The translations under genes were made by a program, and so were the position numbers. The notes under the pieces were generated by a model, which saw only the letters and a list, made by a program, of their open reading frames with translations, had not been told where the DNA came from and made no database searches. A stretch of DNA of 51,885 nucleotides from Bacillota bacterium (GTDB taxonomy: Bacteria; Bacillota; Sulfobacillia; SLMV01), in NCBI GenBank assembly GCA_046483165.1, contig JAWODQ010000043.1, forward strand, positions 1 to 51,885, read 5' to 3'. Within the stretch, counting starts at the first letter, position 1, and every line of letters begins with the position of its first letter. This document shows positions 1 to 9,590 of this stretch, in pieces.

Positions 1-1328
1 TCTATGGCTTCTCGCAGGTCAATGGCGGCCACATCCACGGGCATGCCGGTCCGAAGCGCCGCGACGAAGGCCGACACGGCTTCGCCGGCGGCCGCCACAG
101 CGCGTTCGTGGCGCGCACTGGTGAGCACCGCTCCCTCGGCTTCGCCTCCCGGCGCGCCGCCGGCCCCCAGGACCAAATTCGCCACCGTCTCCTCCAAGGC
201 ATCGAGTCCCTCTCCGGTCAAAGCGGAGGTACGCACTATGGGGGCATCGGGCATCATCTCGCGGATCTCGGCGAGAGGCACCGCACCTCCCCGCAAATCT
301 GTCTTGTTCACGACGATGACGGTCGCCGGCCCATCATCAAGGCTCGCGACGATGCTGCGATCCTCTTTCGCTAACCCGTTGGAGTCGTCGAGCACCACCA
401 GGATGAGCTCTGCCCGCCGCGCCGCCTCACGGGCTCGCTGCACCCCCAGACGCTCTACATCATCTCCGCTTTCGCGGATACCCGCGGTGTCCACCAGTAT
501 CAACGGGATCCCCCGGAGTATCAACTCTTCCTCCACGGTATCCCGGGTGGTGCCGGGCACGTCCGTCACGATGGCTCGCTCGCGCCCCAATAGGGCGTTC
601 AGAAGCGAGGATTTCCCCACATTCGGCCGACCCAAGATGACCGTACGGACTCCTTCTCGGAAAGGCCTTCCCACCGAAGCCGACTCCCGCAGATTCTCCA
701 GGTGGCCGCCGATGCGGCGCGCCGCGGTGGCGATCTCGGCGATCTGGCGCTCCTCGATGTCCATCTCCGGATAGTCCAAGACGACCTCGATGGATGCCAG
801 AATATCCAGCAATTCCGAACGCAATCGCCGGACTTCGCGTCCGAGATGTCCCTCGAGTTGGTCCAGGGCGAGGCGGGCCGCCGTACGAGAGCGGGCCGCC
901 ACGAGATCCCCGACGGCTTCAGCCTGGGTTAGGTCTATCCGGCCGTTGAGAAAGGCACGACGGGTAAACTCTCCGGGCTCGGCCGGACGCGCGCCGGAGC
1001 GGAATACGGCCTCGAGGATACGACCGACGGGTATGGGGCCGCCGTGGCAGTGGATTTCCAGCACATCTTCACCCGTGTAGCTCCTGGGCCCGGGCATGTA
1101 AAAGCAAAGCACCTCGTCCAGCGCCTCCCCGGCGTCGGGATCTACGGCGAAACCCACCTCCACTCGACGAGGAGACAGGTTTATCTGCCCCATATCGCGC
1201 CCGCGCAACACGACGCTAGTAATACGCATCGTTTCCGGACCACTGACGCGAACGATGGCCACGCCCCCGCGACCGGGCGGTGTAGCCACCGCCGCGATGG
1301 TGTCGTCGCTCAACTCGTTTCCTCGCAT
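1..1328 (-). CDS. mnmE: tRNA modification GTPase MnmE (3' end runs off the window)
   Basis: Not in the ORF track because it has no stop in the window. Manual translation from ATG 1328 (SD GAGGAGG) gives MRGNELSDDTIAAVATPPGRGGV...; the window end reads ...MPVDVAAIDLREAI. Conserved position after jag. Confidence 0.96.
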   Translation of the reverse strand, partial: MRGNELSDDTIAAVATPPGRGGVAIVRVSGPETMRITSVVLRGRDMGQINLSPRRVEVGFAVDPDAGEALDEVLCFYMPGPRSYTGEDVLEIHCHGGPIPVGRILEAVFRSGARPAEPGEFTRRAFLNGRIDLTQAEAVGDLVAARSRTAARLALDQLEGHLGREVRRLRSELLDILASIEVVLDYPEMDIEERQIAEIATAARRIGGHLENLRESASVGRPFREGVRTVILGRPNVGKSSLLNALLGRERAIVTDVPGTTRDTVEEELILRGIPLILVDTAGIRESGDDVERLGVQRAREAARRAELILVVLDDSNGLAKEDRSIVASLDDGPATVIVVNKTDLRGGAVPLAEIREMMPDAPIVRTSALTGEGLDALEETVANLVLGAGGAPGGEAEGAVLTSARHERAVAAAGEAVSAFVAALRTGMPVDVAAIDLREAI

Positions 1329-1365
1329 GGTTTCCTCCTCGTCGCTCGCGACGAAAGAATCGGGG

Positions 1366-1391
1366 AAAAAAAGGGGGACCTCGGGTCCCCT
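1366..1391 (-). terminator. Intrinsic terminator/attenuator between jag and mnmE
   Basis: Minus strand GGGGACC-CGA-GGTCCCC hairpin followed by C and T7. Confidence 0.75.
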
Positions 1392-1429
1392 CGAAGTTTG
1401 CTCTACCCTCGTCGATCGGAAGTGTACCG

Positions 1430-2050
1430 CTACCGACGCGGGTCTATTACCACGAAACGAGAGGGATCGGTGCCCTCGCTGTAAGTCTCGACCCGCTCAT
1501 CGTCTTGCACCGCCAGGTGAGCGATCCGGCGTTCGTGGGGCGGCATGGGATCCAGTCGAACTCTGCGCCCGGTCTCGACCGCACGATCGGCCATTCTACG
1601 GGTCAGTCGCTCCAAATCTTCGCGCCGGCGCTGGCGAAAGTCACCGGCGTCGAGAACTACCGAGCGACGCTCCTGAGACTTGCGTCCCGCGATGACGTTT
1701 ACCAGATACTGCATCGCGTTGAGGGTTTCTCCCCGCCTTCCGATGACGAGACCGAGATCTTCTCCATCGACGCGGGCCTCGATAAACTGCTCTCCGGATT
1801 CCACCGAAACCTCGACCTCGGGGTCTATGTGGGAGAGTATGGTCTCCAGGATTTCCCGCACCAACTCAACCTTGTCGGCATTGACCCGGACGCGCACCCG
1901 CGATTCGCGGTGTCCCAACACCCCGAGGAATCCGCGCGATCCCTCATCGAGCACCTCTACTTCCAGGCGCGAGACGTCCACTCCCAGTTCCCTGGCCGCG
2001 CTCTCGACGGCTTCCTCGACCGTTCGTCCGTGGCGAATGATCGTTTCCAT
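1430..2050 (-). CDS. jag: Jag/EloR (KhpB) RNA-binding protein, KH + R3H
   Basis: Start moved to ATG 2050 (METIIRHGRTVEEAV). Has GLVIGRRGETLNAMQYL (KH) and PHERRIAH (R3H); lies downstream of yidC. Confidence 0.93.
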   Translation of the reverse strand: METIIRHGRTVEEAVESAARELGVDVSRLEVEVLDEGSRGFLGVLGHRESRVRVRVNADKVELVREILETILSHIDPEVEVSVESGEQFIEARVDGEDLGLVIGRRGETLNAMQYLVNVIAGRKSQERRSVVLDAGDFRQRRREDLERLTRRMADRAVETGRRVRLDPMPPHERRIAHLAVQDDERVETYSEGTDPSRFVVIDPRR

Positions 2051-2054
2051 ATGC

Positions 2055-2726
2055 TCAGTCGGCCTCCCCGTCGTCGTTCGCCTCGGCCGCCTCGGCAGCC
2101 TCTTCCTCGCGCTGAAGCACCGCATTTACGATGTATTGCTGCGCCACGCCGAAGGCGTTGGTTACGGTCCAATAAAGCGCGAGACCCGCGGGGAAACTCA
2201 TGGCGATGTAGCCGATAAAAAGCGGCATTCCGTAAACCATGACGCTCTGGCTACTGCCTCCGTCCGCCTGGGCCGTCGAGATCTTCGTCTGCACGAACGT
2301 GGCCAGGGCGGCGATTATCGGAAGAATGTAGAGGGGATCGGGCTCGGCCAGACTGGGAATCCATATGAAGTCGGCCCTGCCGACGAACTCAAATCCCCGA
2401 AGAGCAGAGAACATGGCGAAAATGATCGGCATCTGCAATAGCAGCGGCAAACAACCCGCGAGCGGATTGACCCCATGTTCCTTCCACACGCGGAGCGTCT
2501 CTTCATTTTGCTTGTTGGGATCGTCTTTGTATTTTTCCTTGATTCTTTCGATCTCGGGATTGATCTTCTGCATCTTGGCCGTGGATCGGTTCTGGGAGAT
2601 GGTCAACGGCACCAGCATCAGACGCACGAGTATAGTGAGGATGATGATACCTACGCCGTAATTCCCGGTCAGTTCGCCGAAGAACACGATGCCGTCGCGG
2701 ATGAATTGTACTACAGCTTGCCACAT
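2055..2726 (-). CDS. yidC: Membrane protein insertase YidC/SpoIIIJ (short form)
   Basis: NYGVGIIILTILVRL, GVNPLAGCLPLLLQMP and PAGLALYW motifs; synteny. Confidence 0.95.
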   Translation of the reverse strand: MWQAVVQFIRDGIVFFGELTGNYGVGIIILTILVRLMLVPLTISQNRSTAKMQKINPEIERIKEKYKDDPNKQNEETLRVWKEHGVNPLAGCLPLLLQMPIIFAMFSALRGFEFVGRADFIWIPSLAEPDPLYILPIIAALATFVQTKISTAQADGGSSQSVMVYGMPLFIGYIAMSFPAGLALYWTVTNAFGVAQQYIVNAVLQREEEAAEAAEANDDGEAD

Positions 2727-2735
2727 ACTTTGTCG

Positions 2736-3038
2736 TCACGTCCCCTCGGGAGCCGATCCACAGGCGGCGGACCGCCCCGACATTTCTCTATCTCGCGGTG
2801 GTGTGATGGGGTCTTCGCCGGGTACGGGGTCGTACCCCTGTCCCCCGAAGGGGTGACAGCGCAAGACTCTTCGCACGGCGAGATATCCCCCTCTGAACAC
2901 ACCGAATCGATCAACTGCCGTCCTGGCATACTCCGAGCACGTCGGCCGGAAGCGGCAAGTCGGACCGAAAAGGGGCGACACGTGCTCGCGATACGTATCT
3001 ATTAGGAATACAGCGATCCGCCGTCCCACGACCGTCAC
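2736..3038 (-). CDS. yidD: Membrane protein insertion efficiency factor YidD
   Basis: [10 protein letters not shown] and [14 protein letters not shown] motifs. Confidence 0.95.
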   Translation of the reverse strand: MTVVGRRIAVFLIDTYREHVSPLFGPTCRFRPTCSEYARTAVDRFGVFRGGYLAVRRVLRCHPFGGQGYDPVPGEDPITPPRDREMSGRSAACGSAPEGT

Positions 3039-3430
3039 AACTCCTCAAATTCTACAGTCACGCGAAAAAAGCCTTCCCGATCCACCGCGCATTTCGCAGT
3101 GTGAAGAAGCAAGTCTCTCATCTCTCGCTGAATTTGTCCCTGAGAAGCCTGGAGGATGCGCCCTCGCGCCACGAAAACGAGATCCGCCCCACCGATGGAT
3201 CCCGGTAGGAGCCGGAAAGCCTCGCGCATGCGTCTCCGGATACGGTTTCTCACCACCGCGCCGCCCAAACGCTTGCCGACGGCAAAGCCCACCCGCGCTC
3301 TCTCGTCGTCCGACGGGTGAACGTAGAGGACCAGGAGCTTGCCCGCCGTGGAGCATCCCCCCTCGAAGACGCGTGCGAACGCCGAACCACCGGGCAATCT
3401 CTGCGCCTTCAAAGTGGACTCACTCCCCAC
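3035..3430 (-). CDS. rnpA: Ribonuclease P protein component
   Basis: [25 protein letters not shown] (RNR motif); lies between rpmH and yidD. Confidence 0.95.
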   Translation of the reverse strand: MGSESTLKAQRLPGGSAFARVFEGGCSTAGKLLVLYVHPSDDERARVGFAVGKRLGGAVVRNRIRRRMREAFRLLPGSIGGADLVFVARGRILQASQGQIQREMRDLLLHTAKCAVDREGFFRVTVEFEEL

Positions 3431-3435
3431 GGCAA

Positions 3436-3567
3436 TCAGACGATGCGCCGACGACCCTTATTTCGACGCCTCTTGATAACGCGCCGGCCAGCCTTTGAAC
3501 TCATGCGGTGGCGGAAGCCATGTCTTCTCGCTGCCCGCCTATTACTGGGATTAAATGTTCGTTTCAC
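3436..3567 (-). CDS. rpmH: 50S ribosomal protein L34 (43 aa)
   Basis: Below the ORF-track length cutoff. Manual translation from GTG 3567 (SD GGAGG): [43 protein letters not shown]. Confidence 0.97.
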   Translation of the reverse strand: MKRTFNPSNRRAARRHGFRHRMSSKAGRRVIKRRRNKGRRRIV

Positions 3568-3676
3568 GACCGTAACCTCCCGGTAGATACTGTCAATTAA
3601 GGCTACTCAGGCCCGCGACCACCCGGCCGGCGGGCCCCAAAAATTGCACGCGGGTATCCCCGCGCAGACAATGGGA

Positions 3677-3706
3677 ATTATATGCGCTGCGGCTCGGAGA
3701 TGTCAA
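3677..3706 (-). promoter_or_regulatory. sigmaA promoter of the rpmH-rnpA-yidD-yidC-jag operon
   Basis: Minus strand TTGACA-18 nt-TATAAT, both hexamers perfect consensus. Confidence 0.85.
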
Positions 3707-4150
3707 CGCTTACGGCCCGCGAGGCTCATCGCGATCACCCGGGGACATCTCCCTCAATTTTTCGGACATATTTCGCCCTCGACCGGAAAGGAAACCCGCC
3801 TCGTAACCTAGAACCAATTGGGGACGAGCCATCTTTTTTGGGAATGCCTTCACGGAACCCACGCCTGCGGCGAACGGTACTTATTCCCGTGGGCTTTTTC
3901 GACCGCGACCGAACAGTTCACCTCGCGGCTTCGACCTCCCGATGAGCGGCCGCCCCTCGGCCGAGTGACGCTTGTTTCGGGAGCAAGGAAGCTCGTAACA
4001 TAGTAGAACGTCGCGAAAAAATTGGCCGGAGTTCGGCCGATAGTAATCCGATGAGCCGGTACCGGCTTTGCGCGGACCGGCTCCGTCGTCGTAGATCACG
4101 ATCCCGGCTCAGACGGCATCGTTCCGTCACCGGTTATGGAGGAATCGCCC

Positions 4151-5554
4151 ATGTCACAGGACGCACATCAGATCTGGCAGGAGGCCCTCGACCGCGTAAG
4201 GAGAGACGTTTTGCGACCCAGCTTCGAAACCTGGCTTCGCAATTCCCGCGCGGTGGGGCTGGATTTGAACCGAGGCCAGCTCACTGTCGCGGTTCCCCAC
4301 GAGTTCGCCCGCACCTGGGTACAGGAAAACTATGCCAGCTCCCTCGAAGAGGCACTGTCCGAAATCGTGGGAGATACCGCCCACCTGGACCTCATCGTAA
4401 CCGAGGAGCCCGACGAGATCTCCGAGGAACAGGTAGAAGACCCCTTGCAGTATGCCGCGGCCGAAGCCGCACAGGCGCCAAAATCCCCGAGACCCGACGA
4501 TCGGAAAGGACCGCAGACATCTTCGAGCGTCCTCAATCAAAGATACACCTTCGCCAACTTCGTGGTGGGCAGTGGCAATCGTTTGGCCCACGCCGCCAGC
4601 CTCGCGGTGGCCCAGGCACCGGCCAAGGCGTACAACCCCCTTTTCATTTACGGGGGCGCGGGACTGGGGAAGACTCACCTGATGCAGGCCATCGCGCACC
4701 GCGTGATGGAGAATTCCCCCCAGGATTCCGTTGTGTACGTTTCCTCGGAGCGCTTCGCCAACGAACTCATCAATTCCATCCGCGATACCAAGACCGTCAA
4801 TTTCCGCAACAGATATCGTAACGTGGACGTACTCCTGGTGGACGATATCCAGTTTCTGGCGGGCAAGGAAAGGACCCAGGAGGAGTTTTTCCACACCTTC
4901 AATGCTCTCCACGAAGCCAACCGGCAAATAGTAATATCGAGCGACCGGCCACCCAAGGAGATACCCACGCTGGAGGAAAGGCTGCGCTCTCGTTTCGAGT
5001 GGGGACTGATTTCGGATATCCAGCCTCCGGATCTCGAAACCCGCATCGCCATCCTGCAAAAGCGGGCCAGCGCGGAGAAACTCAACATACCCGACGAAAT
5101 CCTCCGCTACGTAGCACAACATATTACCTCCAATATTCGCGAGTTGGAGGGGGCTCTCACCCGCCTGGTATTCTTTTCCTCGTTGCGGCAACAGAACATC
5201 GACATGGAACTCGCCGAGGAAGCTCTTCGCGACATAATCCCGGAACAAAACAGCGGCAACACGGTGACGATCAAGGCCATTCAGAAACACGTGTCCCAAA
5301 ACATGGAAATCAGTGTCGCCGAGATAAACGGGCGCCGTCGCACCCAGGCGGTGGCCTACGCGAGACAGGTGGCCATGTATCTCGCCCGCCAACTCACCGA
5401 GGCTTCGCTTCCGCAAATCGGCAAGGAATTTGGGGGCAGAGACCACAGTACCGTAATCCACGCCTGCAACAAGATCAAAGAGAAGGCCGAGGGAGATCCC
5501 TCACTGGCCAAGATGATCGAGCATATGTGTTCCGAGATTAAGGGGCAATATTGA
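4151..5554 (+). CDS. dnaA: Chromosomal replication initiator DnaA
   Basis: YTFANFVVG, YNPLFIYGGAGLGKTHL (Walker A), LLVDDIQF, GRDHSTVIHA. Start set at ATG 4151 after SD GGAGG. Confidence 0.99.
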   Translation: MSQDAHQIWQEALDRVRRDVLRPSFETWLRNSRAVGLDLNRGQLTVAVPHEFARTWVQENYASSLEEALSEIVGDTAHLDLIVTEEPDEISEEQVEDPLQYAAAEAAQAPKSPRPDDRKGPQTSSSVLNQRYTFANFVVGSGNRLAHAASLAVAQAPAKAYNPLFIYGGAGLGKTHLMQAIAHRVMENSPQDSVVYVSSERFANELINSIRDTKTVNFRNRYRNVDVLLVDDIQFLAGKERTQEEFFHTFNALHEANRQIVISSDRPPKEIPTLEERLRSRFEWGLISDIQPPDLETRIAILQKRASAEKLNIPDEILRYVAQHITSNIRELEGALTRLVFFSSLRQQNIDMELAEEALRDIIPEQNSGNTVTIKAIQKHVSQNMEISVAEINGRRRTQAVAYARQVAMYLARQLTEASLPQIGKEFGGRDHSTVIHACNKIKEKAEGDPSLAKMIEHMCSEIKGQY

Positions 5555-5780
5555 GGCTGTGCAAAACCTGGGGGTAACCCCGGGGATAACCTGTAGAAAG
5601 ATCGTGGATAAGTCGTAGGGGTGGATAACGTCGTTGAAACTGTGGAAAGTCGCTCGAGGATGCCAACATCTTTCCCACAGCAACGACGGACACCTCGACA
5701 GTTTAACTCGGAGTTTTCAACATAGTCCACAGCACTACTACTACTGTTACTAAATTATTATCATATAAATAAGTAGTAGA
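5555..5780. other. oriC: oriC: DnaA-box array plus DnaA-trio/AT-rich unwinding element
   Basis: Box-like 9-mers at 5558, 5569, 5581, 5592, 5603, 5620, 5641 (reverse) and 5671, 5714, 5723 (forward). They are followed by GC, then CTA CTA CTA CTG TTA CTA (5735-5752) and an AT-rich run to about 5772. Located between dnaA and dnaN. Confidence 0.92.
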
Positions 5781-5816
5781 AAGCTATCGCCAAATCGAGG
5801 ATGGGAAGGTGTCCCC

Positions 5817-6947
5817 ATGAAGGTAATCACCGATCAATCTCATTTGCACTCGGGACTCCAGATGGCACATCGGGCAATAGCGGGAGGTACCGCTCACCCA
5901 ATTCTCACCGGAGTCCTTCTTACCGCCCAGGAGGGAATTCTGCATCTGTCCGCAACCGACCTCGAAAAGAGTATCGAGGCCGTGATACCCGCGGCGGTCG
6001 AGATGCCGGGATCCCTGGTCTTGCCCGGTCGCGAGTTGAGTGAGATAGTCGGCAGGATACCCGGAGGAGATATTGAAATCAGCGCCCCGGAGGACCGACA
6101 TCAGGCGGTATTATCATGGAGGACGTCCGAGTTTGTGCTAAACGGATATCCACCGGATCAATTTCCCTCCCTACCGACGGCGGATGGGTCGCGCAGCTAT
6201 TCGGTGTCGGCGGACGATCTGTCTCGGGCTCTTTCGAAGACGGTATTCGCTGCCTCGAACGATGACGCGATGCCCATCATCAGCGGAGTCAGACTCCGGG
6301 TGGGGCAGGGACGGATTCAGGCGACCGCCACCGACGGGTACCGAATCGCCGTGGCAGAGATCGAATCGGATTCGGCCGAAGGCGATATCGTAGAAGTAGC
6401 TTTGCCCCGCAAGTCGATATCCGACTTGGTGCGGGTGCTGGCGTCGGCGCTGCCGGAGGAAGATGCAACCCTGGCGATCTCGGAGAATCACGTTTTCTTC
6501 GAGCTTCCGGGAGGTTTGAAATTCTCGACGGTCATCCTCGAGGGTCAGTATCCGGACGTCCTGTCCATGGTACCGGCGCCCGGGGATTACGGAACCAAGG
6601 TCCTTTTCGACCGGGAAGAGTTCGCCGGAGCCACATCCAGGACTTCGCTTCTGGCCGAGGAACACCGGGGAGCCCGCCCCATCCAGATTCACGTAAAGGA
6701 CGACAAGCTGATAATGCGTGCCAGCTCCGCCGAGCTCGGAGAGGCGTACGACGAGATCATGGCGGAAATCGATGGACCGAATGTCGACATACTGTTTCAG
6801 GCTAAGTACCTCACCGAAGGAATTAGAAACATCTCACCCGAGAGAGTCGTATTCAGCCTCGATGATCCCGAGAGCGCCGCGAGACTTCAGGGCGAGGCGG
6901 ATTCGGAATTCTATTACGTCGTGTTGCCCATGAAACCCAGGAGTTGA
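5817..6947 (+). CDS. dnaN: DNA polymerase III beta sliding clamp
   Basis: PILTGVLL, SATDLE, ATDGYRIA, EGQYPD and YYVVLPMK motifs; follows dnaA. Confidence 0.98.
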   Translation: MKVITDQSHLHSGLQMAHRAIAGGTAHPILTGVLLTAQEGILHLSATDLEKSIEAVIPAAVEMPGSLVLPGRELSEIVGRIPGGDIEISAPEDRHQAVLSWRTSEFVLNGYPPDQFPSLPTADGSRSYSVSADDLSRALSKTVFAASNDDAMPIISGVRLRVGQGRIQATATDGYRIAVAEIESDSAEGDIVEVALPRKSISDLVRVLASALPEEDATLAISENHVFFELPGGLKFSTVILEGQYPDVLSMVPAPGDYGTKVLFDREEFAGATSRTSLLAEEHRGARPIQIHVKDDKLIMRASSAELGEAYDEIMAEIDGPNVDILFQAKYLTEGIRNISPERVVFSLDDPESAARLQGEADSEFYYVVLPMKPRS

Positions 6948-6972
6948 AGATAATCGGGAGGGGTTTTTCGCC

Positions 6973-7203
6973 TTGGACGATGTCATCGAGGTAGAAGTAA
7001 ATCTCGACAGGGATCTGCGCCTCGATGCCTTCCTCAAAATCTGCGGTGTCGCCCAGACGGGCGGCATGGCCAAATTGATGATTCAGGACGGTGTCGTGTC
7101 TGTGAACGGTTCGGTCGAATGTCGCCGGGGAAGACGTCTCGCGCCGGGAGACGAGGTAGAGGTGGAGGGTGTGGGTAACTTCAGAGTAGCGGAGGAAAGA
7201 TGA
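6973..7203 (+). CDS. yaaA: S4-domain RNA-binding protein (YaaA family)
   Basis: LRLDAFLKICGVAQTGGMAK...VNG...RRGRRL; lies between dnaN and recF. Confidence 0.9.
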   Translation: MDDVIEVEVNLDRDLRLDAFLKICGVAQTGGMAKLMIQDGVVSVNGSVECRRGRRLAPGDEVEVEGVGNFRVAEER

Positions 7204-8378
7204 CCTCCCCCTCGCGCATTTCGAAGCTTTATCTGCGCAACTATCGCAGCTATTCGGAATTGTTGTTCCAGCCGGATGCCGGGGTAAACTTCCTCCTCGG
7301 CCCCAATGCCGCGGGCAAGACGAATTTGCTCGAGGCCATCCACTACCTGGCCACACTCCGCTCCCCGCGTACCGCCAAAGACGCGGACATGGTGCGCTGG
7401 GGAGAAAAGGCCTTCTACGTCAAAGGCGAGTTTCTTTTCGGAGGACCGCGTCACGCCCTCGAAGTAGGCTACCGAAGTGGTCGCGGGCGCATGCTTCGCG
7501 TGGACGGAGTCCCGGTACGTCGCGTCGCGGACTTCTTGGGCTATGTCAACGCGGTATTTTTCTCGCCGGACGATCTCCGGCTAATAAAGGGCGGTCCCGA
7601 GGAGCGCAGGCGTTTTCTCGATGCCGAGATCGGCCAGGTCCACAGGCGCTATGGATCGGCCATCGACGATTACGGTAAGATCCTGGGACAAAGGAATGAC
7701 GCCCTGAAGAACATAAGATCCCGGCGCTCTTCCTCCACGGAAACCGATCTCCTATTGCAGCCCTGGGACCAACAGCTCGTCGCCACCGGCACTCGAATAG
7801 TGTCGGCACGGATCCAGCATCTGGATCGATGGATGGCTGTGGCCCGCGAGGTCTACTCGGGATTAACCGATGCGCAGGAGAGCCTGGAGGCTTCATATTC
7901 CAGTGACTACGTGGGCGAAGTAACGGTGGGAGAGGGGCCGGAGAAGCTTCCCGATCGCGAAGGGATAGCACGTTCTTTCGCAGAACACCTAAGAAGGCGA
8001 CGGGATGAGGAAATCGAACGCGGTTATACCGTGGTGGGACCGCATCGCGACGATCTCGTCTTCCTGATCGCGGGAAGAGATGCCCGTACCTATGGCTCTC
8101 AGGGCCAGCAGCGTTCGGTCGCGCTGGCGTTGAAGATCTCCGAGGTGACCTGGGTGAGAGAAGAGACTCGACGCGAGCCCATTCTGCTTTTGGATGACGT
8201 GATTTCGGAGCTGGATGAGCGGCGGGCGAGTCGCCTGGCCGGTCTACTCGGAAATGCGGGACAGACGATGATAACTTCCACGCACCTGGATGAGAGAATT
8301 CGCTCGCAGGCGGATCCCACCATTTGGACGGTGAGTGAAGGGGAGGTAACATTGGATGTCCGAGGCCCGGCTGGATGA
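7200..8378 (+). CDS. recF: DNA replication/repair protein RecF
   Basis: GPNAAGKTNLLEAI, GPHRDDL, GSQGQQR and LLLDDVISELD motifs. Confidence 0.98.
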   Translation: MTSPSRISKLYLRNYRSYSELLFQPDAGVNFLLGPNAAGKTNLLEAIHYLATLRSPRTAKDADMVRWGEKAFYVKGEFLFGGPRHALEVGYRSGRGRMLRVDGVPVRRVADFLGYVNAVFFSPDDLRLIKGGPEERRRFLDAEIGQVHRRYGSAIDDYGKILGQRNDALKNIRSRRSSSTETDLLLQPWDQQLVATGTRIVSARIQHLDRWMAVAREVYSGLTDAQESLEASYSSDYVGEVTVGEGPEKLPDREGIARSFAEHLRRRRDEEIERGYTVVGPHRDDLVFLIAGRDARTYGSQGQQRSVALALKISEVTWVREETRREPILLLDDVISELDERRASRLAGLLGNAGQTMITSTHLDERIRSQADPTIWTVSEGEVTLDVRGPAG

Positions 8379-9225
8379 TATTATCGCCAAAATGTTGCAC
8401 CGGCGTCCCGGCCTGCGCCGGCAGCTGGCACATCAGGAGATCTTCGGCCTTTGGCAACGCATCGCGGGAGCGCAGCTGGCCAGATATGTCGCGCCGCTGG
8501 AAGTTCGGGGCCATACCCTGATTCTCGGGGCCAACGGCTCGGTCTGGGCACAGGAAATCCAGACGTTTCGCGACGAGATCTTACGCAGGATTGCCGAGGA
8601 AATCGGGGTCGGAGAGATTCGAGATATCCGGGTGAAGGTAGTGAGCCGGCTGCCCGCTCAATCGGGCCCGGACCGCCCGGGAACTCGAAGGCATGCGACC
8701 TTTACGGCCGACGAGATCCCCGAATCCCTCACGCGCGACGATCGTTCGGCGGCAGAGGTTTTGACGGATCTTCGCCGCGCCCACGAGGATTTGCGCCGCC
8801 GGCGCGCCCATGCGGGATGGCCCCGTTGTGCTCTTTGCGGCGAGCATTTCCCCCCGGAGTTTTCGGGTGAAGAGGAGGACCCGGTCTGTCCCAATTGTAG
8901 GCGGGAACGGGCGGTGGAGAGAAGAAATCGAGCCCTCAGTTTGGTCGAGGAACTTCCCTGGATCAGTGCGGGCGAACTGCATCGAGAGACGGGATTGGAA
9001 GAGGATCGCTGCCGATCTTTGAAGAAGGAACGCGTGGAGTTTTGGTACGCCAGGGTGAAAGATTGCGTCGCGGCGGTCCGAGAAGGTAGGAAACCGTTCG
9101 AAGATTTCCGAAAACGAGTGATGCAAATCCTTATGGCCGAAAGCGGTGCGGCAAATCCGGTATTGGAGCGGCAATCCGTGGCCGATATCCTGGGAGAGGA
9201 AGCCGCCGCGATCTTTTTCGATTAG
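8356..9225 (+). CDS. dciA: DUF721/DciA-family protein with C-terminal Zn-ribbon (CALC...CPNC)
   Basis: N-terminal WQRIAG...L...SVWAQE...ILRRI...IRDIRV pattern of DUF721. Immediately follows and overlaps recF. Confidence 0.75.
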   Translation: MSEARLDDIIAKMLHRRPGLRRQLAHQEIFGLWQRIAGAQLARYVAPLEVRGHTLILGANGSVWAQEIQTFRDEILRRIAEEIGVGEIRDIRVKVVSRLPAQSGPDRPGTRRHATFTADEIPESLTRDDRSAAEVLTDLRRAHEDLRRRRAHAGWPRCALCGEHFPPEFSGEEEDPVCPNCRRERAVERRNRALSLVEELPWISAGELHRETGLEEDRCRSLKKERVEFWYARVKDCVAAVREGRKPFEDFRKRVMQILMAESGAANPVLERQSVADILGEEAAAIFFD

Positions 9226-9253
9226 CCGTGGGCCGGAGGAAAGAGGGATTAGT

Positions 9254-9544
9254 ATGTATCTTCACGTGGGATGGGATGAGGTCGTGACCGCAGATGATGT
9301 CGTTACGATCTGTGACATAGATTGCTGGAACAGTTCCCGGGAGAATCGCGAGATTCTCGAGGCCGCGGAGGCCGAGGGGAAAGTCCGTCGAATCCGACTA
9401 AAGAATGAAGAAGAGGATAAAGAGGTCAGATCGGTGATAGTCTACGGAGACGAAATCTTATTATCCCCGATCACCAGCACGACACTGCAACATCGAGCAA
9501 ACGTTTTGGCGCAGCCCGACGGATTCCATCGCCGTTTGCCGTAG
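9254..9544 (+). CDS. remB: DUF370 extracellular matrix regulator RemB (YaaB)
   Basis: MYLHVG...LSPITSTTLQHR family signature; recF-gyrB position. Start set at ATG 9254. Confidence 0.85.
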   Translation: MYLHVGWDEVVTADDVVTICDIDCWNSSRENREILEAAEAEGKVRRIRLKNEEEDKEVRSVIVYGDEILLSPITSTTLQHRANVLAQPDGFHRRLP

Positions 9545-9590
9545 ATGACCGGTGACGGCGACGGGGTAATCCTCGATGGGAGGGAAAATA

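Noticed and set aside
4-1484. Plus-strand ORFs at the window start
   Set aside because: They lie antisense to mnmE, which the ORF track missed because it has no stop in the window.
4154-5461. 435-aa ORF antisense to dnaA; likewise 13466-14866, 27176-29002, 29945-30904 and 7546-8514
   Set aside because: Shadow ORFs opposite conserved genes, expected from codon bias in GC-rich DNA; no motifs or RBS.
9258-9273. parS-like TTCACGTGG in remB
   Set aside because: Only about 10 of 16 positions match, and it is explained by the coding sequence LHVG.
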